Assembly (NCBI GenBank): GCA_030141605.1
Contig: JAQGDQ010000088.1
Coordinates: 310,001 to 374,000, forward strand
Direction of reading: 5' to 3'
Length of the DNA: 64,000 bases
Source of the DNA: Tubiluchus corallicola
Taxonomy: Eukaryota > Animalia > Priapulida
Numbering within the stretch: position 1 is the first letter of the stretch; each line of letters starts with the position of its first letter. Of the stretch, positions 1 to 10,763 are shown piece by piece. The notes beneath the pieces were generated by a model. That model saw only the letters and a program-made list of their open reading frames with translations. It was not told where the DNA came from and did no database searches. The position numbers and the translations under genes are program-made.

Positions 1-1
1 A

Positions 2-232
2 CGCAGAAGCAACCTGAACGAGTACAACAAGGAACCGAGCAGGCAAGAAGGCACCTACACAAAGGACACAAGTACTGACACAATGGAGAAGCATCGTACA
101 GTAACCCGCACCAGCGGACTTCCTATCTATACTGGAACCATACCCACACCATGGAGACGGAAACGGATTCGGTACAAGCCATTGAAACTGAAAAACTACG
201 CATGCTCTCGAATAATCTTGTTGTGCATTTGA
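2..232 (+). mobile_element. Probable 3' end of an LTR-retrotransposon (Gypsy-like) pol, truncated by the window edge
   Basis: Frame 2 is open from the window start to TGA at 230-232 and ends ...PWRRKRIRYKPLKLKNYAC..., resembling the RRSxRxxxxPxxLxDY tail after Gypsy integrase; followed about 300 bp later by a polypurine tract and LTR-like segment. Confidence 0.45.
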
Positions 233-530
233 TGCAAATTAGTGTAACGTGAAATTTTCAAATTTGATAATGATTTTTGTATTGACAGCCATACTTGGTC
301 AAATTGATATTTAGACATTCAACACCCCCATTTGTAAGTCACATCCAGTTACTTGTGTACTAAATTGTACAATCTTTTTTGAATGTGCAAGCACATTTAA
401 ATTACAAATTTTAAGTGTTTTACTTATTAAAAGTGAATTGATGTTAAGTTGCAGTATATTGCCTATAAGCATGTTCATGCCAAAAGATTCAAAAGATCTG
501 TTTGTCTAAGTGAATGTTTTCTCTTACAAT

Positions 531-707
531 AAGGGGGATGTTATATTTTAGGTTGATCTCAGATGAGGCTCACGTGATCAGTAGTTTCGTCTCTCTTCAC
601 TTTTGTTTTATGCCGTAACAACCCATTTCATTTTTCTCTTATTTAACAAAGTTTTATCAGTACATACATCATTCTGTAATGTGTCTTCCTCCTCCATAAT
701 ATAAAAC
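531..707 (+). mobile_element. Polypurine tract plus putative short 3' LTR
   Basis: AAGGGGGA (531-538) immediately followed by TGTTATATTTT (539); an imperfect inverted end ATAATATAAAAC lies at about 696-707. The canonical terminal CA is degenerate. Confidence 0.45.
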
Positions 708-1829
708 GGTTTAGCTGAAATGACTCTAACATACAGAACTTACGGGAAAACATGACAAGCATGTGCTGTTACATTATAGGTACAATAGCTACGTACAAAC
801 ACCTGATGTCTGTAAATGTCTGTAAATACGTGAGAAAGCGGTAATACATTTTCTACCTACATGATGTTATACCTGTAAATATTTGTGGTGGGTATCTGAA
901 ACGGAACTGAATTCTGAAAACTGCCTTTATACAGAGTACAAGTACCATCGAGGATATGCTAACACTTTACTTGTCATTATAATTATAAAGCTAAGCATAG
1001 CATTGTCATAACAAGTATCATCAGCAGGTAAAAGTCACAATTGTAATTACCAATGTTAATAATGTACCTGTTCAAAATAAATTTTGTAATACCGAAAGTG
1101 TATAAGTCTATTTAATATCTCGTAAGTTTACAACTATCTAAACTGTGTACAAAAATTAAAAACAACTATATATAGTTGTGACATTAAAGTCGGAAAATAT
1201 TGGATTTGTATCCCCTGTAATCACACTGATTGTAAGTTTACCTGGAAACGATAACCTGAAGCACGTGTACAACAATGCACTTAAATAGCAGGTTATTTAA
1301 AAAACGGGCATAGTTATTTTCACAAGTTTTTTTTCATTTTTATTAGCACTATAAACGAACGCTTTTAATTGTCTCACCTGTAGTTATTATCTTACCGGAC
1401 AAACACAAACGCTCCAAAGATACTCTGTAGGTATATTTGTTTATAAGTTGTACAAAATTTTTAAAAAGACACGAAAACAAACATAAAATGGTAACATAAA
1501 CAAATTTTAAACTCTCGTGTGATAAAATTATTTACCATCTTATCTTTAGTTAAATTAAGACAGGTAGCACAGGTAAATAACAAAGGTACACAAAAATCAT
1601 CAAAAAGAAGTACACTGGCTATACTTGCACACAAGCAGCCAGAAAGAAAATTATACTTAATACTGTAGTACTCTCCCTAACCCTATAGCAACCAATACCT
1701 TCCTCAGTTGCTATGTAAATTTACTGAAAATTGTAACACAAACTTTGAAAGCTATTTTCTCCCAATTTTAGTTTTGATTTTTTTCGCAATCTGCTCAATT
1801 ATAAATGCTAATATCTTGGTTCAGAAACA

Positions 1830-2550
1830 ACGTAGAGAGTTGAAACTGGTACCAAAATGATCGGGATGAACGGGAGAATAAGAGTATGCATATAACTTCA
1901 AATTGATACTTAGCGCACTATGGACGGTTTTGCTATGCACGGTCACATATTTCGAAGTTGTTTTTGCCCCTCTTCGCCCCCCCCCCCACACACACAGTGC
2001 TGCACGCTGTTTGGAAAACTGGTTCCATTGTCTTTACGTTTCAGAAATTGCGTGGCTGTTCCAGGTATTGTCATCACCCACCTTTCTACTGTGATTATAG
2101 AAATTATAGATTATAGAAATCCAATATAGACGTTTCAGATGTAACTTATAGATCTGTTAGCCTGTTACTATCAGAAAAGCAATAAAGACAGACTATGATG
2201 TATGTTCGTGCATTATTGATGTATGGGTCAAATAGCATTAAATTTTGTTATCGCACAGTTTCAACTTTGAAAAAAATTTCCGTTATTTCGCTGTGCCGTT
2301 GTATTGCTGATGTTTGTGTTTCTGATGTCTGTGATATTGTCGTCCTCGTCATCGTTACCATGCGATGTGGTAAGTTTTATGTGGAGTGATATGGTATAGT
2401 GGGTGTGGTAAGTATTGTGTGGGTTATTGCTGTGGTGGATGTATGTGGTGTGGTGTGGCGGGTATGTTGTAGTGAAGGGGTGCATGAGTGGCATGGATTG
2501 CTGTGGGTGTTAAAATTCCTTTGCAGGATTTGGTTGGTATTATTATAAAA
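1830..2550 (+). repeat. Diverged copy of a Helitron-like non-autonomous repeat (same family as about 40390-41440, opposite orientation)
   Basis: Shares blocks with the reverse complement of 40390-40910 (atttcgaagtt..., gctgca..ctgtttggaa.a, a GTG/GTGGT-rich microsatellite, terminal ttgcagg.tttgg). Boundaries approximate. Confidence 0.5.
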
Positions 2551-3038
2551 TTAAATGATTTTATACAAACATAGTTATGCATCGTTTATAACTATTAACT
2601 TATTAATTCGTGAATAACGTGATCACGAATAAAAAATTGTTTGCTTAATTAGTCTACCGTGTACTGTTGATGTTTATGAGGAGATTAATGATTTATGCTT
2701 ACGTCTAATTCTATAACCGTGTCTACAAAATTCTACATCGACGGCTATTTTTACCACGCTTTTCACACTTTTAATGCGGTGCAAGTTGGTTTTTGCAAAA
2801 CTTTGGTCCTTTTGGCAAAAATTGGTTTTTACTCGTGGCTTATTTGTCACAACGTCTAGCAAGCATTGGGAAAGAATTTGCGGATGTACTGATAGGAAGG
2901 TTTAGGCAAGATGGTGTGACGACGATTTGTTTCAAACTAAAATAAATAGGAGCTATTAACTTATCTCCAAGGAGATTTAAGTAACCCTGGTAACAAGAAA
3001 AATGATTTAATCTTTTTATAATTAAAAAAAAGGTAACT

Positions 3039-4061
3039 ATGAATTTAACGAAAGAAATTCAACCCGAATTTTTTCCTGGAAGTGGTAAAACGTCTCTTTC
3101 CCACTCGGACGTGCAATTGCAAACACCGGACCCAGAACTATATCTTTTTTACGAAGATTTCGCTTCAAAACGAGCTAAAAAGGAAGCAGATGCAAAATTT
3201 TTCGCAGCACAGCGATGTTTCGAAAATGGTGAATATTCGCAAGCATTGGAAGAGTTTAAAGCCCAGGAGGATAAAGATATTCGAGCCAGATTTCAACTAG
3301 CTGTCATGTGCTATGAAGGACTTGGTGTGGAAAAACGTCATCCAAAGGAAGGGTTGAACAGAATGATCGAGATAGCTTCTTATGATGGTCATCTTAAAGC
3401 CCATTCTCTTCATTCAGCTGCTGCTTTTAATGTTGGACTAGCCTATTACCAAGCCCAGGGAGTGGTCAGAAGCGACGTTCAGGCAGAAAAATGGTGGCTA
3501 GTTGCAGCTGATGATAATCAGAAATGGCCAAGCGTCAAAGCACAGTCTGTCCTCGGTTTGTTTTACAGTCAACATGATAAACCAGAAATGTTAGAGAAGG
3601 CGTTCACCTGGCATCGCGTTGCAGCAAAAAATGGTAGTCTCGAGTCTTTAGGTGCGCTGGGAGTGATGTACCTCCATGGAATAGGGTGTGAGGTAAATGA
3701 GGAACAAGCTCTAAGATGCCTTAGGAAAGCAACTAAACGTCGTAACGTGTATGCCATAGGAAAACTTTGTGCTTTGTATTTTAACAGAACCATGTACACC
3801 AAGTGCGTAGAGACGGCTGAGCAAGTAGAAGTGGTAAATTTTGAAGACGTTGAAGAAATCTCAAAAGCGACGAACTGCTTAAAATCTTTCGTGGCTAAAG
3901 GGTTAGCGCTAGCGAACTTTTATTTAGGAAGATGCTACCATTTGGGACTGGGTGTGGAGGCTGACTCGCATAAAGCAAAATTTCTCTATTCTCAAGCTGC
4001 GGTCTTTGACTTGGACGAAACATCAGTGTTACAAAAGCAACTCACGTACAACAAAATCTAG
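3039..4061 (+). CDS. LRP2BP: LRP2-binding protein-like, Sel1-like repeat (SLR/TPR) protein, 340 aa, single coding exon
   Basis: Uninterrupted ORF with serial Sel1 repeats (ARFQLAVMCYEGLGV, AAFNVGLAYYQAQGV, AQSVLGLFYS, SLGALGVMYLHGIGC, ANFYLGRCYHLGLGV) and AEKWWLVAADD; size and layout match LRP2BP as I recall it. Confidence 0.85.
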   Translation: MNLTKEIQPEFFPGSGKTSLSHSDVQLQTPDPELYLFYEDFASKRAKKEADAKFFAAQRCFENGEYSQALEEFKAQEDKDIRARFQLAVMCYEGLGVEKRHPKEGLNRMIEIASYDGHLKAHSLHSAAAFNVGLAYYQAQGVVRSDVQAEKWWLVAADDNQKWPSVKAQSVLGLFYSQHDKPEMLEKAFTWHRVAAKNGSLESLGALGVMYLHGIGCEVNEEQALRCLRKATKRRNVYAIGKLCALYFNRTMYTKCVETAEQVEVVNFEDVEEISKATNCLKSFVAKGLALANFYLGRCYHLGLGVEADSHKAKFLYSQAAVFDLDETSVLQKQLTYNKI

Positions 4062-4611
4062 TTAAAACGCAGACTTTTAAAGCCGCTGTAATCACTGTCA
4101 TTGAAATGAAAACTAACTAAATCAAAACATTAAAGGTCAAGTGTCTAACAAAGATGGGAACATTAAATTTATTACTGTTTGGTTTTAGAATTAGACAAAT
4201 TGGAGCAGCATATATATATATAGCTGCTCCATATATTTATATATCCAAATAACTTTAACCAAAATCAAAAATGTGCTCGGAACAAGGAAAGAGCTGCTGT
4301 ACTCGGTCGCCCGCATTTCCTCTGGTGGCTGTCAAAAACTGATATCATTAACATAAATGAACCAAATTAAGAAATTAATGGCGGGGGGGGTCGTTTTGAG
4401 AAAATTGTTTATGGATTTGAGAAATTTCAGTTTTATGACCAGAGCCAATAACGAATTCTCCCTTACGTACAAAATTTGTCAAATAAAGGTGTACATCTGT
4501 CTGTCTCACAAAATATAGACTGACAAAGCAGTCGTTTTTAGATTTTTCTATATATATATTATATATATAGTATATATATATTGTATATATACTATTGTAT
4601 GTATTGTATGT

Positions 4612-4671
4612 ATATTATATGTACATGTATACAATATATATATATATATTGTATACATGTACATATAATAT
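4612..4671. repeat. Perfect 60-bp AT-rich palindrome within an (AT)n tract
   Basis: atattatatgtacatgtatacaatatatat (4612-4641) is followed directly by its exact reverse complement (4642-4671); checked base by base. Confidence 0.9.
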
Positions 4672-5261
4672 TCATATCAGTATAAAATATAATACATATT
4701 TTTCTGTTCAAGATTTTAGAGATTGGTAAAAAAACATTTTCTGGTGTATGTGTTTCAAGTGTACGGCCTAATTTTAACTCGGCAATTTAACCAAGATCCG
4801 AGATATATTAAAATTTGCACATAATACATATACATATATGTGTGTGTGTGTTATTAATGTTCCAAGCTTTAGCTTTTTACTTCTTTAGTTTCACAGTTCT
4901 CACATAGTGTACTTTTTGTAATTTATCTAGCAATTTAACGTGCTGAAATTAACTTGAAAATCGCTGCCACACAGCTTCTACTTAACAAAGGGAGGGGATA
5001 ATGTAAACACATTCGAACGTGAGCATAAGACACCATTGCTCATATAATATCTCATCTGAATTATCTTAATAGTTAGTGAGATTCCACCACAACCTTCAAC
5101 GCATTAAGCAGGGTCTGGTAATGAATTCTGGACGCCTTCTCGTTGCGTGTTAAATGTACAAACAATATTTCACGGTATTTAGCAAGTAATTTTGTGCAAG
5201 GTTTTTAATTATTAACCGAACGATAAAATTGCATTTAAATACAAAAGTAACAGACTTTACA

Positions 5262-5328
5262 CGTGTGTGTGTGTGTGTGCGTGCGTGCCTGCATGCGTGT
5301 TTGTATGTGTGCGTGCGCGCGTGTGTGT
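5262..5328. repeat. (GT)n/(GC)n alternating purine-pyrimidine microsatellite
   Basis: cgtgtgtgtgtgtgtgtgcgtgcgtgcctgcatgcgtgt...gtgcgcgcgtgtgtg. Confidence 0.85.
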
Positions 5329-8103
5329 TTGCATCGGAAAAGAGAGTTTGTTCAGTTACCCGTTTACCTGAATGAAAGATGAAAATCCAAGCGCCAGCCC
5401 CCAAAACCGTTGCTTAAACGCAGCCGCTGCAAGGTAATAGGCTACGGTTGGGTAGTCGTGTCTCAGTTATGACTACGTTCACCTGCAGATCTGTATTCAA
5501 GCTTAATTCAAACGTTGGAACTTTAAAATCGCATAGTTTCGCGGCGTAAGAAACACTGAAACCGTATTTCACTCTCCCAGGACAAGGCAAACATTAGTGA
5601 ACAGGAACAATGCCGCGAATTTGAATGGATTGTTAGCCCTACGGCGCGGATATCGAGTAAAGATAATATTCAAGCAGAATAGGACGGAAACTTGTTGTTC
5701 ATCCAAGTAAACAGAAACAGTTTAAATTATCATTTCTGTGAACCAGTAACATGGACACTTGTATGTACTGAAATGCGTAGCAGTTGATGGCGATTAAGAG
5801 AGGTTTAAATGCAGGTGCAAAGAAAATGATTTCAGTAAAACTGAAAAGGTTATGGTTTCTTCTTGCAGGTTTCGTCTAGCGAGTACTATCCACAAGCTGT
5901 TGGCGTCAAATTGCCGTAAGTACTTTTTATTCTTTCACCTAGCAGTATAATTTTAAAAAGCCTTCATAGTCATAGTTCAAAATAAACTAAAGTTGCGGAG
6001 ATTATTTTTTCAAGTTCAGTTGATTGTTGCAAACGTCGTGAAAGCTGTCATGCATTGTGTAATAACATTGAAATAATTAAAAGATTATAAAATTTCACCA
6101 GTTAAAGCAAGGTTTATTAGTTAGTAGGTAAAATAATTAAATATAAATAAAAGTTCTAAATGAATTTACAAGTTAACGAAATTTTGTGGAAGAAAGTGAG
6201 ACGTTTTACAGGCATATGCTAAAATAACTCTTGCAATAATTTTTAAATAGATTTGAATTGTTCAGTTACTCTTCAGTGCTACCTGACCTGTGAAATCGTA
6301 CTTCCTGCGACGGTTATTCATCAGTTACTTTCCAAAAATCTACGTTATAAAGCCTCAATAGACGCGAAGATTCCATGTATTATTCTTCAATAAACACTTA
6401 GGTCCTAGATGAAATACAGGCTCGTTTTATTACCATCTTACTGAATAAACTTGTTTGAATGCAAGACAATATAATGTCAACCCAAGATGCAGAAAGATTC
6501 TTTCGTATTCAGAGGAATGTTTCACAGCGTATATAGGTCTTCTGTTTACTGATCTTTTGTAAATAGCGCTGTCTTTTCTTGGTTTATTGTTCTCTGGCTT
6601 GTTCCTATTACGGATGCTGTTCAGGACATTTCAGTCTCATGAGAAAATCCAGCTTTGCTTCTAGGATGAGTCACGGCCAGCGTCGATCTCACGCACCAAA
6701 TGCTCCCCCCTTTCGAAATACTGTAATAGAATAGTGAGACAAGATCGGTGCTTTCACCATAGGCAATTACATAAATTCCTAGTTCATTGCAGGCTTGTGC
6801 AGCCCATATGGGTTCAAACTGTAAGGCAATGCGATTAGGTTTTATAAAAATTTGGACAACGATGGTAAGAGATTTTTGCATTGTAGCATATTGTATGTTT
6901 GAAAATTTGTAAATTTGAACTTTTTTGGTTGTCACAAATTTAAATTGGTAATAAACGCAGGCAAAGACGTGCATGGAAAAAATGTTTTAAACGTTAATAT
7001 TGTTACCAAGCATTTTTCGAGATAAGTGCAAACACTAATTTACTTTGTAAACATGCTAAATAACAAAACAAAGAAACTCTATTTCAAAGCTAATTTGTAA
7101 GTCACCGGCTCAAATAATGTTGTTAAGAAAATCACAGGTTTTAGGTTTAAAGGTGGGATTCTTGTTTAAGTCCTTGAATGCGCGGTTGTCTCCTTGTCTT
7201 GCAATGTAGTTGTCGCTTACACGGTCCCACTTTTGTTGCAGTAAATCTTATGGAACCCAGCTAATTATAGACTTCCCTCAGAAATGATTATTTCTGATTA
7301 TTTACCGTCTTTCTTTCATTTTGTGTTTTACAGTATTTGACGCAGTATTTTTAAAATGTTGTAATAAGTAATGCTATTCTTTTTGGTTGATTTTATACGA
7401 CGACCACATCTTGAGCAAAGAACTCACATTTTAATCCAATATATATCAGCACTCCTGTTATTCCCTAATCAGTAGGCTATGCACCATTAATGCTGCTCGC
7501 CAACTTCAATAATGGACGTATACTTTCTGCGTAACGCCTAACTTGCTTCTGATCAAAGCACATTTGCGTAACTTAGTAGTGAACTAGGACAAAACTAGAA
7601 ATGCAAATTAAGTACATATAACTGAGCAGAGTAACAAAACGTAAAAAATCTAAATCAGATGTATTTAGATAAAATCTTATTATCGCTTTTTATAAGTGTA
7701 ATAGTTCACGGACTCTACTGATGAAAAGGTATTTAAAAATAACTTGAAGAAAATGTGTCTTTCGCCTTTAACTTCCTTGCTGTCAAAATCAAAGACAAGC
7801 GTTAGATCATTTTCCAGTTTTTTGAAGGGGAATTGAGGGGTGAAGAGTTCACGGTATATTGAAGTCCGCTGATCTTCAGGTGAATGTCTACAGCGCACGT
7901 GCACAAACACAGATTACTTCTAAAAAGTTTTTGCAAAAATTTCCGGTGTTATTCAGATAAATTATCTGAGCAAATATAATTATCTAAATCTCGTGCAGTG
8001 GCCAGTGGATGAAGCTACAGGCTTAATGATCTTTGTCAGGTGCTATATAACGTCATGCTAGTTCGCTACTATGCACTCAGAGCGACATTACATATCCCAT
8101 AGT

Positions 8104-8401
8104 GTTTAGGGTGTTTCCAAAAAAAAGTTTCCCAGAAAATTTTTTTGCAGAAAAATCATTATTCTCCCCGACTTTCTCTCTTTCTATCTCTCTTTCCCTC
8201 CCTCTCTATCCTTGTGTTTTCCCCTGCCTCACCCATTATCTCTCTTCTTGTACTATATCTCTCTCTCCTTCCCCCTATCTTTATCTCTTCCCCTCTCTTC
8301 TCTCTACCTTTCCCATCTCCACTCCCTCTCGTTCACTTCTCTTGTTCTCTCACTCCCTCCCTACCTTCCACCCTTTCCCTATGCTACCTCCCTCCCTCCC
8401 T

Positions 8402-8432
<31 letters not shown>

Positions 8433-9354
8433 TTTTCCACTTCCTCTTTTTCTCGCTTCTTATCATCTTCTCACTCTTTCTTCCTCTCTCCGTTTTCTCT
8501 CTCATTTTCGTTCTCTCTCCCTCGGCTCCCTCTGTCTCCCATTCTCTTTGTTTTTGCTTTTTAAGTATCTACAATGCTTTGATTAATAACTATCAGAAAT
8601 CAGAATCATTTTAAAACATATAACACGATGTTTAAGGGTTAACCTTCTTTTTTTAATTTTGTTTTGGAAAAATAGCTTGTTTTCAAAGTTGGTTGCTACT
8701 GTTTTACGTTGTTTTTATAATAGAATTGCTTTCTCAAGGTGTTGCATATAATCACTTCAAAAAAATCTATTTTTACAGGATTTGAAATAAGGTTTAATAA
8801 ATATTATAGAAAATTAAAACACCAAGGCTGCAAACTATACAGATTTGTGGCTTTAAACAGATATGGAATCTAAATTTGCCCATTAAGTTATGCTCCTTTG
8901 CAAAATTTTTTACAGGTTCTTTTAAATCGTAGATTCATTAGCAAGATAATCTTCTGTGATGAAAATCTAACTGGCAGAGACGTCACAGTCACACTCGGAT
9001 GTATGTACATTTTTTCCGAACACCGAGAAATGAACGAAATAATTTGGAACCACAGTAAAAGAAACTGTCCAAGAGTGATATTCCTAAGCGGTCACTCAAC
9101 ATATCAGTTGGCAGGTCCGACATTGCCAAACGTCGGTAGACAAGCACACGTCGTGATCATTCACTATTGCATATATGCAAAGATCAACATCATTTTTATT
9201 GCGTAATATCTAACTGCGCTTTAAAAAGGATTTATAACATTTTCTGTGAATTTTATCGTTCTATAAATCTGTTCAGGGAAAAGCCTTTTCTGGGAAGATT
9301 TTCTTCTGGGAAGTAATTTTTCCAGAAACTTCTCTTCTGGGAAACGAGTCTAAA
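8104..9354. mobile_element. Putative non-autonomous DNA element with subterminal repeats, enclosing a CT-rich tract (about 8170-8545)
   Basis: Left end tttagggtgtttccaaaa..cccagaaaa; right end has repeated ttctggga and ctgggaaacgagtctaaa (rc tttagactcgtttcccag). The internal (CT)n-rich tract explains the spurious ORFs at 8102-8614. Confidence 0.45.
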
Positions 9355-10518
9355 GCCGTGGTTTGCATAGGCTTATATTGCGCAACAGTATAAGTACAAC
9401 AAATGTACGTAACTTTTTCGCACCGACACCTATAATTCTTTGTAATAGTATTCACGTGAGTTTACAATTTGATGGCATCACAACTTATGAATGGAGCAGT
9501 TTTCTGATAAACGATTATAAAATTTGTTTTACGAGCTATGATTACGCGTTTGTTTTACACGAGACATATTGTTGTCCATAATAATAATAATAAATAATAA
9601 TAATAATTATTATTATTATATATTATTGAACATCGAGGAGTTAAATATGCAAACTCTGAATTAAGAGAAAAAAAGAACTGAAAATCACAATGTTTGGAAT
9701 AATATGCAGTTTTTAAAAACTTAAATGAAAAAAGTGTTGTTATCGATTACCGATTAATGAATCAGTCAAGAAACAGGATCAAAATAATTATTATTCCTTT
9801 GTTTATGTATCTTTTGCCACCAAAAACCTGCAAACTTGCGCGAATTTGTACAAATTCGAGAATTCTTGCAGCAATGTTTTTCTGTGTTAGCGCGCATATT
9901 CAACTCGTGGAAAAATGATAAGTTTTAAACTTTTTGTTAAATAATCAGATCAGTGTAAAGTTTCGTGCAAGCAGACTGTAACAACGACATTTCGCTTCGC
10001 TGTTGTTGTGTGTATTTTAATCCAGGTAGAAATTCACCTGTGCGTGTCTAAACGCTAAGATCATGCCGTGGGAACAGAAAGGAAAAATTAGCAAGAGCAA
10101 ATGCACAAGCCTCGAGGGCGTCTGCCATCCACTCGGGTGAAAACCTGTCGAATTAATGACAAATTTTCAAGCACTTACAACATTTATCTGGTGTGCGTTC
10201 TTGTTTAGAACTGCGTTCTTGAAGCAGATTTTTTTCTGAGTTAATATACATTTTTCACAGTATATTAATCATGCGTTTGCTATGCACAATGTGAAAATGA
10301 CAATACGTTTTAATATGGCACCTGGCAGTGCTGGCATATTAATTATTATTGTAGTTAAACGATTATTGTAGTATCATTTATAATGCATCGTCTAAAGCCT
10401 TATAAAGCGTGTTCTGCTGAATTTATGTTACCTTACATTAATGGAGCTCACTCAATTTACCGAAAATTTCTTTGTTCGTTTTGGTTACTGAATATTAATC
10501 AAACTTTGTCACCTGGTA

Positions 10519-10763
10519 CCCTGGTAGTTATAAAACCACAGAAAAAAGTCAGAATTTTGGCTAAGAAAAAAGGCACGGGAAATAAAACAGGTAAAAAGTC
10601 TCAATTAAATTTCGGTTAGGGTAAGTCTCAATTAATTTCGGCTATGGTTAAGGTTAATGGTTAGGGTTAGGGGAAAAAGATTCAATTAATTTCGACTAGG
10701 GTTAGGGTTATTTCTTTTTTTCCTGTGACTTATTTATCTGTAACTTTTTACCTGGAGTCCAGG
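10519..10763. mobile_element. MITE-like element with internal TTAGGG-like repeats
   Basis: A-rich aaaagtc motifs on the left mirror gactt/tttttacc on the right; the interior has repeated caattaatttcgg and ggttagggtta units. Confidence 0.45.

Noticed and set aside
6665-6722. Possible small coding exon (ttctag|G ATG AGT CAC...)
   Set aside because: Weak donor, no recognisable homology, and no demonstrable in-frame join to the tetraspanin CDS.
7840-7885. Possible minus-strand hammerhead ribozyme (CUGAAGA + stem)
   Set aside because: The required GAAA reads GAAC and I could not build stems I and III convincingly; other CTGATGA hits I checked also lacked a GAAA partner.
8102-8614. Three overlapping ORFs of 124-170 aa
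   Set aside because: They arise from a stop-free CT-rich low-complexity tract; S/L/P/F-dominated composition.
10610-10712. Interstitial telomere
   Set aside because: Only a few scattered TTAGGG units embedded in a MITE-like inverted structure.
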